A stretch of DNA of 63,627 nucleotides, the filler included, from Catajapyx aquilonaris (taxonomy: Eukaryota), in the NCBI GenBank assembly GCA_000934665.2. It is 4 parts of 4 records of this genome, joined end to end, with 100 filler letters (N's around TTAATTAATTAA, not from the genome) between each part and the next. Parts side by side here need not be neighbours in the genome. Positions count along the whole stretch, not along the records: positions 1 to 14,834 come from JYFJ02007662.1; 3 more parts are not named here. The stretch is one strand, 5' to 3'. A program made the position numbers and the translations under genes. The notes beneath the pieces are model-generated. The model was not told the DNA's origin and searched no databases. It saw only the letters and a program-made list of their open reading frames with translations. Of the stretch, positions 1 to 14,934 are shown one piece after another (position 1 is the first letter of the stretch; every line of letters begins with the position of its first letter).

Positions 1-420
1 ACTGACGAGTAACCAGCACGACTATTAAAAGAGTAACTTGGCAGAATATAGGGCCCAGATGAGGACTGATTTTTTCGTCCCAGTTTCTTTTCTCTTCTCT
101 TTTTCCCCAAAACCAAGCAACCTATGCACCCCCAACGCTAGGGTGGTGTATAATAAATTACGGACAGTGTCAGGCGGTCATTCTGTAAGCCACCAGACTC
201 CGAACATCTGAATATCTGGACAGCATTTCCTCTGCAGCCAGTCGAACCTTTGCCCGTGAGAGTCTTGGTGCTACCAAACACTTTCAGAAGAAATATTTTC
301 CAAAACTTCCCCACTGAACAATATAGAGGCCGGCCTCTATTCCTGAATTCACAAGGTGATATAGGCAGGCAGCCACAGGTGCCTACTGACAGTACTGAGT
401 CTACTCTCCACTATTAATAG

Positions 421-510
421 TCTTCTTCTCTCTTTTCCTCTCTTCTCTCTTCCTCTCTTCTCTCTTCTTCTCTTCTTCTTCTTCTCTCTTCTTCTTCTTC
501 TCTCTCCTTC
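421..510. repeat. CT/CTT-rich low-complexity microsatellite
   Basis: Pure pyrimidine run of tcttct/ctct units; explains the E/K/R-rich spurious ORF 401..604. Confidence 0.9.
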
Positions 511-3500
511 TCACCCGCCCCGCCAGGGACCCCACCCCCTCGGGAGGTGCAGCGACCGCTGCACCTTGACATAGGTTTGGCCGCCACTGCATTTTAGTAA
601 TCAACAGCTCAATTTATCTTTCTACATGCCCTTATTCTCAGACTCGCTACGCTCGGCAGTGGGGCTTCGTCGCCCCTATCGCGCGCCTTCGCATACCCGC
701 TGTTGGCACTACATTTGGATTGGAGCGACGCCATCCGCAGAAGATAGAAGTGATCAAAAACCCTTACCACGTTGCATTCAACGTATGGATATGGAAAGGG
801 GTTTACTTTGCGTTTCAAGACTTTCAACCACAGTAAGTGATTGCTTCTCTCAAAAAAAGTGCTTCATAATTTACGGCCAGTCCCTAGCCAGGGTACTTTT
901 CGGTGCAAACTCCTGCACACCAAAGGGCAAATCCCAGGTCCGGAGGGGTGTTTCATATTGCTTTGGTCGGGAAAATGCCGATGCAATTCCCAGATCTCAT
1001 AAGCAGGCCAAGCACGCGCTGCAAAATGCCGTGCCCTATTTGTCCTCCAGGTATAATCCGACCCTCATTTCAGGTCGTTTGTCTTCATCGACGAATTGAT
1101 TCTTGTGGCGTACCTGTCCGATTTTCCCATCTGTCCAATACATTACTTGAGTTTGCCATCCACCAAATAATTCAAACAGTTTGCGAGTCTTTACCTTATT
1201 CAATCAAAGCTAAAAGATTGTTGTCAGTTACGATCGTACCTGCGACGAGCCATGTCACATCATAAAACCATAGGCATATGGTTTCAAGCCCGGGTTTCCA
1301 AGATACACACAATAATTCAAATGGATTTCAGGTAGAATGCGATTTCACACGATTTCCAGACTAATTGACAAACACGCAGTCGGTCCAAATCAGATTTATG
1401 TATGTTCGAACCTTACTCAAACCCGCCCCCTGTTTCTGGTTGCTGACTTCCCATCGGCACGCTACCCAGTATGTACTGTACCGGCAAGAGATGAAATACG
1501 AGGATGTATCACGCAAAAATCGTTTCAGACCACTGAAAAGGGTGAGAAGAACTGCTTTTTTTACGATTATCACGTGACATCGAACCTGGTCGGAAAACCA
1601 CAAGTTTCGAAACTAATGGCTGCTTGCTGTAATTATTCTTAATCAAGCTGTTTTTTTAGAAACTCGTGTCGCGCTGTAATTTTAAACGTGGGATTTTGCT
1701 TCAAGGTACTTGTCATGCGGGAATTGCGGTCATGGTGTCGGATATGTACGTATTCAGGGCGATTGCTATTTTCAGCTCATGTTACAGAAATAACTGGCAT
1801 GTGCGATAATTCGATAGCTATTTTTGCACCAGCTTCGCAACAACATGAGACAAACATCGATTAAGAGCTGAAATCCTGAGGTACCTCTTGCAAATTAAAT
1901 ATCATTACTTGTCTGGATAATGTGAGTCGGGGTTGTATTTATCACAGGATCAGTTTTCAAAACAGTATTACTTCCGCAGATTATGCCTAAGTAGGCTACC
2001 TAATCACAACAGCATTGAACCGCATGTCGGAATAACTTTGCTATACGTGTCATATCAGTGCCATGGCACCCAACGAAGCTGCTTCACCCCATAAACTTTT
2101 GAAGCATAATATGTTGAATAATATGATTTAATGTTACAGGAGGTTATTATAGTCATGCCATGAATTCCAATTTGCACCACTCTTTTTTCCCCCAACATTG
2201 GACCTACCTGTGAAACGTAAAATTGAAAACCAATAGATCCAATCGTTGAGCTGAAAATTATATCAAGTTCATTTGCACCTTTTCCTTCCAGCATGAAGTG
2301 TCCCTTAATTAATGCCCGGAAGCAATGAAATACCCCTTCCATAATAAAAATCAGAGGCATGAGAAGGTACGTTGCCACCTACTTCCAACTGCCAAAATTG
2401 GCCACGTATCGATTGGACTGCCTTTGCGTGATTACAAGAGGGTGGTGGAGGTTCAGGTGGTTCTACAAGAGTTGAAGGTGGGAGATGGAAAGGATTGAAA
2501 GCCTTTCGTGACTTTCTCTTCCCGCCATTCCCCTCTTTTTCCCCTGGCAGATTCCGGGAACAGTAACGAACCTGTGGTCGCAGAGATGCGTCTCGACAGG
2601 AGCTATGGCAACCGGAAAATTTACGTGTACGTGGTAAAAATATCTGGCAGCCTAATAAGTGTATCCGATGTTTCCACTCCCATCAGGGAGATAAAGCACG
2701 TTAGCGGTGATTGGAAGGGAAACTTCAATCCGGGGTTTCCAAATAGCGTTTGCATTATGGCTATTTTTGGAGCAGAAAGACATCCGGCGGAATATGAAAA
2801 AAGAAAATAACGTCGATCTGCATTAGTCTGGATGAGAATATCGTAGGTAAAAATAGAGCCGAGCTGTTGATGCATTCATATTATAAATATAGCTCAAATA
2901 TGAGACCTGCCCACCACATTATTTTTCTTAGAAAAAAAGCCTTGATGTTAGGCTTTAATATTCGTAAGGTGAACCAGGGGAGATTTGGACATTACCATAA
3001 CCTCCTCAGCAAGCGCAGTAAAAAAGCCACTTCCTCCTTCCCTAAAAGCGCATTCACACAGGCAAGCGATGTTTAAAGCGATAAGAGGAAACGACAGGCA
3101 GAGTTGGACAGTGATTGGTTGGAAGAAAGAACACGCGTGGTTTTTTTCTGCCAGTGAAAAAACCGGGTTGATTTTTTCTCAATGACAATGTTGCTTTTTT
3201 TCTCTCTCAATTTGAGCCTATATGCTATACTTGAACCTAAACGCTTTTTTCAAAAATATTCCTACATTTTTTCAAATGAATTTCTGGACCAAACAGAATT
3301 TTTAACAACTCCATCAAATGAGCGAGCAAAATTCTAGTGCACCATATCCGGAACAAGCTCACGCATATTTAGAAAATATACTGCCCTCTAGCACTGGTCT
3401 CATAATACCTACCTAACAAGGACCACGACACGGTAATTCCACCGCATTACCAGTGCTGGCAGTTGTTGTTGAGCATTTAAACAGACTGGGCGTGAAATGC

Positions 3501-4189
3501 ACAGAAAGTGCGAAAACCGTAATGTTTTCACTACCTGGCCTCAAAATCCCCTCTTGCTGTGCTTTTCCCCGGCAGCAAACGCGACCGCAGAAGTAAACAA
3601 GCTTGTTTATGATGTGACGTGACTTAATTACTACTAGCACGGGGCTATCCAATATTATGGCCGGGCGGAAGTAATCACGAGGAAGATATCTCATTTCCGT
3701 TTCATTGTGCGCAGGTATTTCCATCTCGCTCTGGAGTAATATGCAAAAAAAAAAAGTAACACACGAAAAAAAAATGGTTCCCTGATTTTCGCTCGCAGCG
3801 GTAGTTCAGAGATTTTGCCGCCCCGCTGGCAACTAAATTGATTTGTTTGTCAATAACTCGCGAAACATAAGAGGTCGCACCATGCAAGGGCACTGCATGA
3901 AACAAATGGTGAAAAGGCTGACTGGCTTGTAAAGCACGGGAGGCATGTGCTGTGGCAATATCTGATCGAAACCTGGGAACGTTTTTTTTTTTTTTTTTTT
4001 TCAAATTCAAATGTCAACTAGCTTTTTTTTTTTTGAAAAAAGGTCACTTCCTAATGGAATTAAGTGATGAAACTTCCACAAAAGTTTTATTTAATTTACG
4101 ACTGATTATTTTTAAATACGACACGTGAAGAACTCCACTGCTGCTTGTGTTATACCTTATACTATGCCGAATATTCAAGGCCCATCTCG

Positions 4190-4289
4190 TATTTAAAATG
4201 TATAAATTTTGGAGAGGCCAGTTTTTTTACACTGCATACGGTGTAGTGTAAAAATGTGTGGCCTCTGCAAAATTTATGCATTTTAAATA
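4190..4289. repeat. ~100-bp imperfect hairpin (DNA transposon remnant)
   Basis: tatttaaaatgtataaattttggagaggcca..ttttacactgca (4190-4236) is the near reverse complement of tgtagtgtaaaaa..tggcctctgcaaaatttatgcattttaaata (4242-4289). Confidence 0.8.
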
Positions 4290-4312
4290 ATTATGACACG
4301 ATGACACTGTTT

Positions 4313-4591
4313 GTAATACTCCGTGATAAGGTCAGGGTCCCTCGGGGGGAGGGGCTCCCAAGGGAGCTGGCGCTCTTAATTAGTTTTTTTAGTCATTTCT
4401 GACCCTCTTAAATACCAGACCCTTTCTCTTGGCCCTGGGCAGAGAAGAGAGTGCAAATCTGCCCGGACATGTCGCGTGAAAAGAGAGAAACGACCTGATC
4501 AAGCGAAGGTGACGGGGCGGGGACGGGATTTGAACCCCCGAACCTCCCGCTTGGCTGGCCAGTAGCATAGCCACTAGACCACCATGCCCCC
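4313..4591 (-). mobile_element. tRNA-Gly(GCC)-derived SINE with 18-bp target-site duplication
   Basis: Minus-strand head GGGGCATGGTGGTCTAGTGG (Pol III A box)...GCCAGCCAAGCGGGAGG...GGTTCAAATCCC (B box) resembles tRNA-Gly-GCC. Flanked by gacacgatgacactgttt (4295-4312) and gacacgattacactgttt (4597-4614). Confidence 0.85.
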
Positions 4592-7500
4592 TTTTAGACA
4601 CGATTACACTGTTTCATCATGTATGACAAAATTTTATACAATACAACATTGCCTGTATATTACAGTGACGTGGCTAATCAAATTTACCGTAGAAGGCGAA
4701 CGTTATTCCAACTATACGAGACACTGCATGTGTACAATATTGTATAAATTTTTGCGATATTAGATTCTGCAAAGATATGACATATAGATCATTCAGCCTA
4801 TCATTCCATGCTGTGACTTATACCTACATACCGGTACTTGTACATACGCAGAGCCACAAATGAAACTTTACAGCATATTAGGTTTTTTTTGCGTGGCAGT
4901 AGCGTACTCTTCAGTAGTCTATAGTCTATAAAAACTCCGTTTTGCTTTTACAAATGTCAATACCAAAGGCCCTTCCGACAGAAAGTTCAGTTGTAATTAA
5001 CATGCAACCATGCCTTCCCCAGGCACCTATATAAGTCTATAACGACAGAGGATGTGTGCATTTCCGCCACGAAACTTAGCTAATAAAGCCGTTCATAACT
5101 CGTTAATAAGCCTTGAATTCGCTAGTCCAGTGTCTGGTCAGCACGTCATTGTTGAGATACATAAACAATAATATGATACAATGAGAGTATGTACAGAGTA
5201 GGGGTATTGCAACAGAAAGTAAATATTGAGTTAATTTACCTGATGCAAACATTGCAAAAATTACAAACCACTTGCAATGAATCCAAAGTTTAATGTATTT
5301 AGTGACCACAATATTGCGCAAATGCAAAGTTAAATACAGTATTACAATAGAGCCCGCATGGTCGTTGATCCAGCGCACTGGAAAAGTAACCAAAATGTTG
5401 ACCTAAATAATACGGTCCCATACAGTACGTGACAGCACTCGTACAGAGAAGCTTATAATATCACGTCCAATAAACGACGCATTATCTAGTCATTATTGCA
5501 ACACGTATTATAATCACCCTGCACGGCAGGTATTCTATGAGACACGCGTGCGCAATCAAAAGTACACAATAGTCTTGTCTGGACAAACCCACGAAACCCT
5601 TCATATATCAGCAGTATCGTTGACCGGGTCAGCATGCAATGCTTAGAAGTGATCAAGACCCCACAAGCTTTGCCGTGACTGCCAGAACTATAATCCTTGG
5701 TTCCGCGTAATTTCATAATCGCACATTAGGCAGGCTCAGAAAATGCCAATTGCACGCCATCCCTTGGCATTCGACTGAAGGCCAAGTACTCAAATTTGCA
5801 GCTGACAATAATCACGTTCCCTACAGTGAGATCGATTGTCGTCGTTAGTAACCGAGAGTGGCTAAAACTCCCCCTCTGATGGGGGCCATCTTGCATTATA
5901 TTTTATGAGCACACAGCCCGCGCATTAAACTGCTTACCAAATACCACCAAATGGCTAATGATGCTGAAACCTCCACCTGAAAGTGGATGGGGTTCATAAT
6001 AAAATTGTGTGCCACCGTTCCCCTTTCAATCCACTTTCATATATGGAGCTTACTCTGAAGAGCATTCTTGGAAAATACCTTCTCTGAGAATGGAACCTAT
6101 AATTTGGCCTCGCCGGAGCAATATGCAAAATGTCAACAGCCTGTTGTCGGAATGACAAACCACGCAGTTTAATTGCGGTGAGGCTAATGTCACCTGTGAA
6201 ATATTCTAGTGGTCCGAAGAGCCGATGATAGGGCTGGTTCTGACATCCCTACGACCTGTTGAGCGGTCGACGAGAAAAGCCGTCGAGGCTAGGCTGTGGT
6301 TAGAACCGGACGGCTTGCATCAGACCGGATTAATGTGTGCAAAATTCATGCGATTATACCTCAGAGTAGCTGGAAACAGCAACTCTGCTGCAAGTTAGTG
6401 GTGCTTCACCATACTGTAAGAACCTGTTTGAATCCCATTCGTGCAGCCAAATTATCCATAAGTGCTTTTACCCTTAACCACATTTTTGCTCCTACCACAA
6501 GATCCATATCTCCCCAGCTAGACATTCCTACTCGACACGAGTCGCCTGATTTGTCGGGTGAAATGACATTCTACTCGCACACCAGGCACGGAGATGAAGT
6601 TATCCGCCCCAATGACTCAGATTGAAAAGGAATCTCGGCGAAAGAAAGGTTTTCCAAGAGAAGTTCCATCCCGCTTCGTTATACCCTACCCCTTACTCAG
6701 CATTCACTAATAGTGTGGAATATTTCGCGCTTTTGACATGTTAATTAAGACAGCCTGGTTATCAGGAACCTTCGAATCGAAATTCGCGAATCAATCATCA
6801 TGTCGCGTGCAAAGTAGCCTCATTTGGGGGACTATACTCGAAAATAATATATTACGCTACGAAAAGGGCATACAAATTAACAGTCCACTAATAGTGCGCT
6901 GTTTCACGTTGCACTTGCCTCTAATTTGATTGCCAGGATGTAGCGGTTGTAATAAGACGGGATCTTGTAGTGAAGGAGGTTTAGCAGGCGAGGATAGACT
7001 AAGCCCCTCTTTCAAACAAGCTAACCCCATTAGCCTTGTATTTCACGGATGGTTGCCACGATGTTCCTGAGCAAAACAAAATAAATCACCTCTTGTCGTC
7101 CTCCAAATGCATACCCCATTACTCTCGCCTCAGTGCCATTTTCCATTCGGCTTCTTCATCTCGGTGACATGCATACGTCTTGTAGTACAGTTCCCATTAC
7201 TCACCAGCACTGCACAAGGTGGTTGAAAAGTAGCTTTGTAACACATGTTGACAGTGTATCAAAACTCCTCGTGCGAATAAATTGTGGGTTTATGCAAATT
7301 CTAAAATCAGTCTGAATTTCGAAGCGTTTTCGGAAATTTCGTATCACCCTGTACCCCCTTCTGCTGTCAAGGGCGGTTGATATAAGGGTGAGGGCAAGTT
7401 GGAGTTCTCGTCTTTCCACTCCAATATGAGACTGGCTTTCTGTCTATGTAGTCGCACACAAAAGGCTCCCTAATGGTCTCCTAACACAATCACTGGTGGA

Positions 7501-10500
7501 GAACAAGAAGGGTCGGAGTCGGAGGTATGTTCCCAAAAAGAACAAGCAATGCTCCCCATCCTTTTCTTCCTGGTAAAAGTAAAAAAAACACACGCAAGAA
7601 TAGAAGACGCCAAACATGGGGGTCATCCTAGCCTTAATTTCAAATCTTTCTTCCCAGCTATTTTAGCACTTTCGTTTCTCCTTCTTCTCTCTGTTCAACC
7701 GATTCATCACTTCCCCCACCTCTCCCATGTTCCATCTCCATGACTACCACCCCACTTTCATTCCCGACCTCGTTTTTCTCTCTAGGGAACCCACTGTGGA
7801 AGCTAATTAGCTACCTGAGCTGAATCGAGCCCTCCCCCCCCCCCCCANCCCCCCCCCCACCTATAGCAACCCACCCTATCTACCTATCCCACATCCCAAA
7901 CTGACAATTTGGGCCTCACCATTACAACAAGGCATCCCTCTCGATAATATATATTTGAAAACCTGTCTCCTTCCTTAATAGCAAACCATTTAACACTTTC
8001 TATCCTGGGCGAGCCGGTCTTGCCAACCAATTCCAACTTGTGGAAATTAAAACCTGTTGCAAGAAAGATGCTGGGTATACTTCTTCAGGGTTTGGAAATA
8101 GGAAAAGAAAAAAAAATGGACGATGAAAAAGTGTGGCGAAGGGTGAGAGGGAAAAGGTTGTTATTTCAGGAACGGTGTATAAAGAGGGTGCTGTGAGGAG
8201 GAAAACTCTCGGCGTCTCTCCGGGTCAATGGTTCGAAATGTGCACAAAGTACGCCTGAAGGGCGTTACAAAAATTTTCCGGATGAGGAACCCGGAACGTT
8301 TTCAAACAAAGCACGCAAATGTGATTTTATCAGCTGTTTAGTTCCCTCTCTATATTTGGTCAGGAAGACTGCATAATTTCTTTTAATGAATGTTAACATC
8401 ATCGAATTCGAAAAATGGACTTAATAAATTTAATAAATTAATATATTTTTAAAAAAAACAGGGCTAATGTTGTATTACGTACGTCACCACCCACGTGGGT
8501 GTACTTGCAAACAAGTAGCCTGCAATAAATCACTATCAAGTTTACAGTTTGGGATTTAAGCGGATTGGGTAAGTGGCTTTTGCGTAAAGCAGCTTAAAAT
8601 TAATCTGCTTGAACTTTGCAAACACTCCGCGTGGTTGAACGTCTTCACAAGCTCAGCATGCTCCACTAGATTTTTTTTCCCCCTTGTCCGATACCACTGT
8701 CAGTGGTTAATTAGCAAAAAACCCTACTTCATTAGATGTCAGTTGATAACTGAAGCAAAATACAACAACTTGTGTTCAAATTCCAATAATAAAGTTACAG
8801 ATATTCCGATAGCTGTAAAAATTTACAACTGATTACAATACATCTTATGAACAACACCACAAATTTTAAATAATTTTTTCTCACTTGAGGTTGCGTTATA
8901 TACTGATATAATTTATTACGTAGAAATTATCGGCATATTGTAAGTAAAGCCAAATTTAAACATAAATTAGGATTCGTCGAACGAAGACGAGTCAGCGCAC
9001 CCGATTTTGGCTCGCTGCTGCCCAGAAAATGGCGGGAAACGTAGTGACCCGGCCCTCTTAATAATCCCTGTTTGTCAAGCTTACTACTCAGCTTCTTTGA
9101 AGATGCGCAATAATATATATCTCTGGTTAACTTGTCAGATATGAGCCACAAACTACCACATTTTATGGAGGCATTACCTCCCACCAAGCTTTAGGTTTCA
9201 TAACTTGGGATTGCAAACACCAGAACGTGCCGACCCAGATCTTTACCTGCTTAGTGGGACACACGTATTAAGATTCCGCCAAGGCAATAATGCCACTCTA
9301 CTGTCGATCATATCGATAACCCGCAGGTGCCTAAGTTTTAGAGGAATCATGATGGCGCACAAATTGCATTAATTTAACTTTTGTAATTACGCAAAGTGGC
9401 ACCACCGAAACGATGTAGGGTTACCCAAAAACATATGAGCCGATATATGTTAAGAGGGTGGGTATAGATGGGTGGGGCTGGGAGGGAGGTTGGTGCACCC
9501 CGTATCGCATTATTGTGTGGGACCACAGTAGAGGGATGAACAGCGCCAATAGCTCGCGGTTATAGAGCTTTCACCGCCATTCATGTGCATAGTTCACCGA
9601 GCAAGGGCAGTACAATAAATAATCACTTGCCTCCGATGGCTCCGGGTATCCTGGGCTTGACTCTCATAATGTGGGAATTATGGAGGGGTACATGTATATT
9701 GAAAGTAATATAGCGGGAAAGTCGTTTTCTTCCAAGGTGGAGGTTATTGGATGGCAGAGTGTACCACGGTTAGCACAATTCTTGTCAACAACAATTGGCC
9801 GTTTTTAATTTAATAGCGTGGTTCATGCAGTTTTGCCGTATTTGGGGCGGGTAAAGGGCAGATTAGGATGGATATTACGTTTTGTACACATTATGTAGAC
9901 CGACATTTGGCTAACCACTGTGGTTGAATCCTCCTAATATTATCAGCGCCTGTGCTGCTGTGCAGGGCATTCTTTTCGACTGGCGATTAATCGAATATTA
10001 ATAACATTGCACAGTATATTTTCATCCCAAACTACTTGCTCTCTATATCAGCACTTTTACTATACTCCACCATCCATTAGTTATCCCACAAGTTTGATAA
10101 CCCATGTCTCTGTGGGTTCATCACTTTCCCTGCAACTTAGCCGTAATTTCCTAAAAGTGTTGCAGCAATTTTCTAATTTTTCCCTAAAGCCATCTTCGTG
10201 GTGTATAAAGGGACAATCTATGTAAATTGCGGATTTAGAATTATGGTAATGTACGTGGTTGTGAAACTGGAAGCATTTGACGGATTTCTCACGTGCGTTT
10301 CGGCAAGTGAGAAAGGTGGGAATGGTTACTTCAAACGAAACTTTCCCATTTACGAGAATGAGAAACCTTTGAATAAATTTATTGCAACTCGGCACTGCAA
10401 AGCGTTTAATTAGCAGAATCAGGACGGATTCGACTGTGTTTCTTTATAAAAATAAGTGCGACAGAAGCGTAACTTTTCTGATATCAGATCGCATCATCGG

Positions 10501-13500
10501 TAAACTTTCCTCAAAACTTTACTATCCCCTGACGTTGGCATAAAAAGTTTCTCCTTCCTTCGGATGTTATCATGTCATCTGATTCTAGATCCTAACATTG
10601 TTTGTCTGCTTTGCTAAACTAGTTTTCTTAAGTTAGAAGCGAACCAGTAGCAGCAACGTTAATTCTGTTCCCGCTTTCTGCTCGAAAAATGTGGAACATA
10701 CATAAACATGATTGAGTTACTTCATCTTTCGTCATCATTTATAACAGCAGGTTGTTTACATTCCCCCCAAAAAATCGGTTTCAAGGAAGTCCTAATGGAT
10801 CTAGTAGATTTTTCTCTGCATAACCTGAATGTAAATCATGCATCGATAAACTTGCTTTGATAACCAAAAAGGGTGAGGTCCTCATATTCCCAGTGCACAA
10901 CAGGCTTATCTCATTGAGGAAGCTGATTCAGAATAATGGCAATTAAGTAAGCGCTGTAATGTCCTGCCTGAGGAAGCAGACTTGATTGAGGAGAAAGAAG
11001 GTTGAAGTCCTTTAATTGCAAAGGCAGGAACGCTTTGGAAAGAGACACGTTCCGGACGAGTAAACAGGAAGAGCAGCGACGTCAGGCAAAGAGAGTGGAG
11101 GTTTCCATGGCGACACTTGTTTGCGTATCTGACATGGGAGTATCTGGGAGCCACGCTTTCCCCCCATGTACTTACCCACTACCCCCCACCCCCACCCACC
11201 GAACCCTTGGGTCACCTGCGGTTTGAAGTTGTGGCCTGCTCCCCAATTAAGGCAGGGAGGCTGATCCTAGAAATATCAGAAACCACAGTGTATGTTCTCA
11301 GCAACAGGTGCCTAGCTAAAATGTTGGGAGACGTAAAGAGAAATAGCTCATTACCTAGCATACTCCAATGAGCTTCGAATGAAAATGGGAGAGGTCGGTA
11401 GGAATCGATTGATTATACCATTTTACAAGGGCAATTATAAGCGCAGCGAAAATAAGACGTGCAAAGCATCTCATTTAGTTTCTGTACTCTACATGAGGCA
11501 CCAGATGGATCACTCAAGTTGCGCTCGACTTGCTATCACTGTCATGCTGTAACTCACTTACTCCACGTTGTAAATGCCCACTCCGAGATTAGATTTACCC
11601 TCTCATTGTACACATTTTGCTGAGATAACTGCGCCATTTTGTGATTGTTCCATACCCACCAGAACTTTCAATTGGCAATGAAAATATTCACTCTAATGCC
11701 AACTTCCGACTTGCAAAACTAACATTTTCTGTACAGCTGACAGGGTCCTAAATGAGCAAATTTTCTGTTATGGCTGACAGCATCCAAATGAGCAACTGGC
11801 CCAGGCGAAGAGTCAACATAACTAATCCTAGACTAAAACTTCTACCAACTCCCAGTACGGCGCCCACTCCACGTACCAATCTGCTGATAGAAAACGGAGA
11901 TAGGGAGTTGGACAAAAGGTCAAAGGGCAACAGGGATTTCCCTCCGTTTCAAATTAGAGGACTGTGGTGCTGCAGAACTGTCCTGTTTTGCCTAGTTTCT
12001 ATAAGGGCTGTAGTTCAGGTGATGCTTTCCTCGGCTATAGCTGGGAGTGGTGCTTCTCGCCCAAACTATAGAGTACGGAGGGATAAAAGTCCTCGTCGCG
12101 CGGTAACTCCAGAGAAACAAAAGTTTTCGTAAGAGGAAATACTTGTTCTCGCTATTTCTAATTAGGATCGTTCTCATTTGTAGCTGTTATGTGTCGAACT
12201 TTGGGAAATGTCTCTAACTAAGGGACGAATTACTTTATTTTCCGTTTTGCACGAATGAACGAAAAGTACTAATTGGTTCTCTGTAAACATTTTCAACTTA
12301 AAAATATCTTCATGAACTGAGGCTCTAACAAGTGTTAATGTACTATTCGATCACGTACTCCAGTCTGTCAACGCACATTCCATTTTCTAGTCTGTTTCCA
12401 TTTTTTGCGTCATAGATACGGCTGGTGTGGTTAATTAAGGCCAACTGAAATATAATTAAGCCGCTCTCAAGCAACGGTACAGATCACTGCCACGGGCTCG
12501 TTAAAAGTTGCATTCGCGCTCGGCAAAATCGATGTTTGAATCTCCAAAGAATAAAATAGTATCTCCCATTCAAGTAAGGCATCAACAGCCCAGGGCTGTC
12601 TTTGGGATGAAGAGGAGTACACAGCACCCAATATTGTAAACTAGAGATCCCTTTGAAAATCGAAAGAAACGATCCGGTGTCTAGCTCCAAGGCAAACTAT
12701 ATATCCTTCGCTTCAAGAGGACCCAATAATCATCGGCAAAAAAATCGTCTGCAATCTCGCCCATTATTATTGCATTTGGGAACTTACACAGGATCTTGTT
12801 TGAATATCCGTCTTCCGTCTCATCGTAATGTGAGTATTGCCACCAAAGGGCTAAACGGGTTTCCGTGTTCGGCACCTCTTTTCACGTCATAAAATATGGA
12901 TCCGCCCGGTAAGTACACTCCAACTTGGGCATTACGGAGCCAAACTTTGGCGTAATGTCCATTGTTGACAGCATAGCACGTACTGTACACCTCACTGAAA
13001 GCATGACTAAGTGGTCTAACGCACTTGTTGATATACGCACTAGGAATGGGCCTGATCACTGCCACTGATTGACAGAATTGTCACACCTCACTTTTTTGAA
13101 GGTAAAATCATTCGCATATTACCACATATTTCAATTGTTGTAGACTATATCAGCCAAACAATCCCAATTTGACCAACACTATATTGTCCTACCTGCCTAA
13201 GAATGGTCAAATGGCTCTGGACGGGTGCGGATGGCAATCAGGTGTTAAGTCCATGTCCTCGGTTACGTCACTATTCCAGTAGTGTGCAGGGGGTTGGGGG
13301 TGTTAGGGGGTGTTACTCCTTGTCCACGACCAGCAACCAACTGGCCGCCCCATCCGACTCGTTGGGACTCTCCAGCACCCCATCCACCCCCGTACCCCTT
13401 CAACCCGAAAACCCTTCTCACCCGGCGACGTACGCCGACGCCGACGGTTCCAGCCACCCCCAACTTCCCCGATATTCCCCCATCACTCAGAGGCCCCCTC

Positions 13501-13879
13501 CACTTGTTCCTATGTTTACCACTTGCCACACTCTAGGACAGCACCTCCTTTTCCAAACCCTCGGGCAAAAAAAAAAAACGTTCTATCCTGAGGGGCCTTC
13601 TATCAAAAGTAGATCAATTGATTGCTTCTCTAACCCGGGACGGAATTCAAAGGAGGGGGGGATGGAGGGGATGGAGGTGAGGGGTTGTGAGATTTGTGCC
13701 CGCGTCCGTGACGATAGCGCCAAATTGAGAATCAAAGCTCAGTAATGAAATAGATTTGGTTCATATTCATGCTTTGTCTTCGGTTCAAAATGGTGGGTGG
13801 ATACTGATCCCTCTCTTAGGAAAAGTGGAAGTGGAAGAAATGGAGAGGCTACTATATAATATTAAATCCTTCGTTGTTT

Positions 13880-13964
13880 GTATAAGCATTCTGATTGGCC
13901 CTGGAAGCATATTGTTGTTACCGCCACGCTTCCTATTGGCCGCCCTTCCGAGCATCCGCCGTGG
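13880..13964 (+). repeat. Interspersed repeat segment shared with 48421-48553 (ATTGG-rich internal part of a DNA transposon)
   Basis: gtataagc..ctgattgg..catattgtt..cgcttcctattggcc..cccttccgagcat occurs in both contig 1 and contig 3. Confidence 0.7.
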
Positions 13965-14834
13965 AGTGGATGCAGCGCCTCTGGTGGGTGAGAGGGGGAA
14001 CTATCCATCCCTATATGACAACAGTGAACTAACAATGGGTACATAAATGAGCAGCACTGTCAGAAAGAAAATCTTACTGGCTGTGGGTCCTTAAGATTCT
14101 GTTCAATTTTCTTGTGCGAAACGTGACACTAGCGTATCGGAAAACCCTTAGAAGTCCTAGTAAAATAAAAACGGGAAATATCGCGGTTACTCTTTTCCTG
14201 TCGCCGTCATCTATCGGACATATAGCGGAAATATCATCTTGTGTTACTAGACGCTTGTCATATTAGCAGATTCGAGCACCTGTAGCTCACTGCTGTAGTA
14301 CATCAACAACGCCTAATTTGGTACAGGCCTGTGCGTACAGTATAATAAATTCATACATACCCATAACCTACCATATAATTAGTTCATTACCCGCTCAATT
14401 GGCTGCGTGACTGTACTGTACATAAATTTAAATATTCAACTGTTTTTCATAGCTTCATGTGAAAAACAAGAAAATGACTTACAACCCCACAATTACATGG
14501 TCATGTAATTGACGACCTGCACATTTCCATTTCTGAATTATCATCCGAATTTTTAAAAATATACGAAATGGTTTACCAATCGGCCTTTAACGGAGAGAAA
14601 ATAAACTGTCGATGCAATCTACCACAAAGTCAACAAGATGTTCCAAATATAGTTCATTTTCATTACGTTGAACCCGGAAGCCAGACCCACCTTCAGCAAC
14701 ATTGAGAAGTGCAAATATTTTGCATATGATTAGCATGATGACGATAAACAGTAAGTTATTTTCCCCCTATTTCCAATGGTCAAAAAACGGGTTTTCGCAT
14801 TCAGAAAGGTACGTTTTGAAAAGTTGCCTATATG

Positions 14835-14934
14835 NNNNNNNNNNNNNNNNNNNNNNNNNNNNNNNNNNNNNNNNNNNNTTAATTAATTAANNNNNNNNNN
14901 NNNNNNNNNNNNNNNNNNNNNNNNNNNNNNNNNN
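14835..14934. other. Artificial contig-joining linker
   Basis: N44-TTAATTAATTAA-N44; stop codons in all six frames; identical to the other two linkers. Confidence 0.98.

Noticed and set aside
4517..4591. Functional tRNA-Gly gene
   Set aside because: Stems are degenerate and it is the head of a TSD-flanked SINE.
7128..7225. Possible minus-strand exon or microexon in contig 1
   Set aside because: Splice-like signals only; no partner exons or homology recognisable.
9916..11290. Transib-like CACTGTGG..CCACAGTG ends
   Set aside because: Only 10 bp of complementarity and no 5-bp TSD.
13203..13745. Pro-rich 180-aa ORF and overlapping ORFs
   Set aside because: C-rich repeat-derived sequence with no domain or splice support.
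14879..14890. TTAATTAATTAA motif recurring three times
   Set aside because: Artificial six-frame-stop linker within N runs; not biological, and no synteny holds across it.
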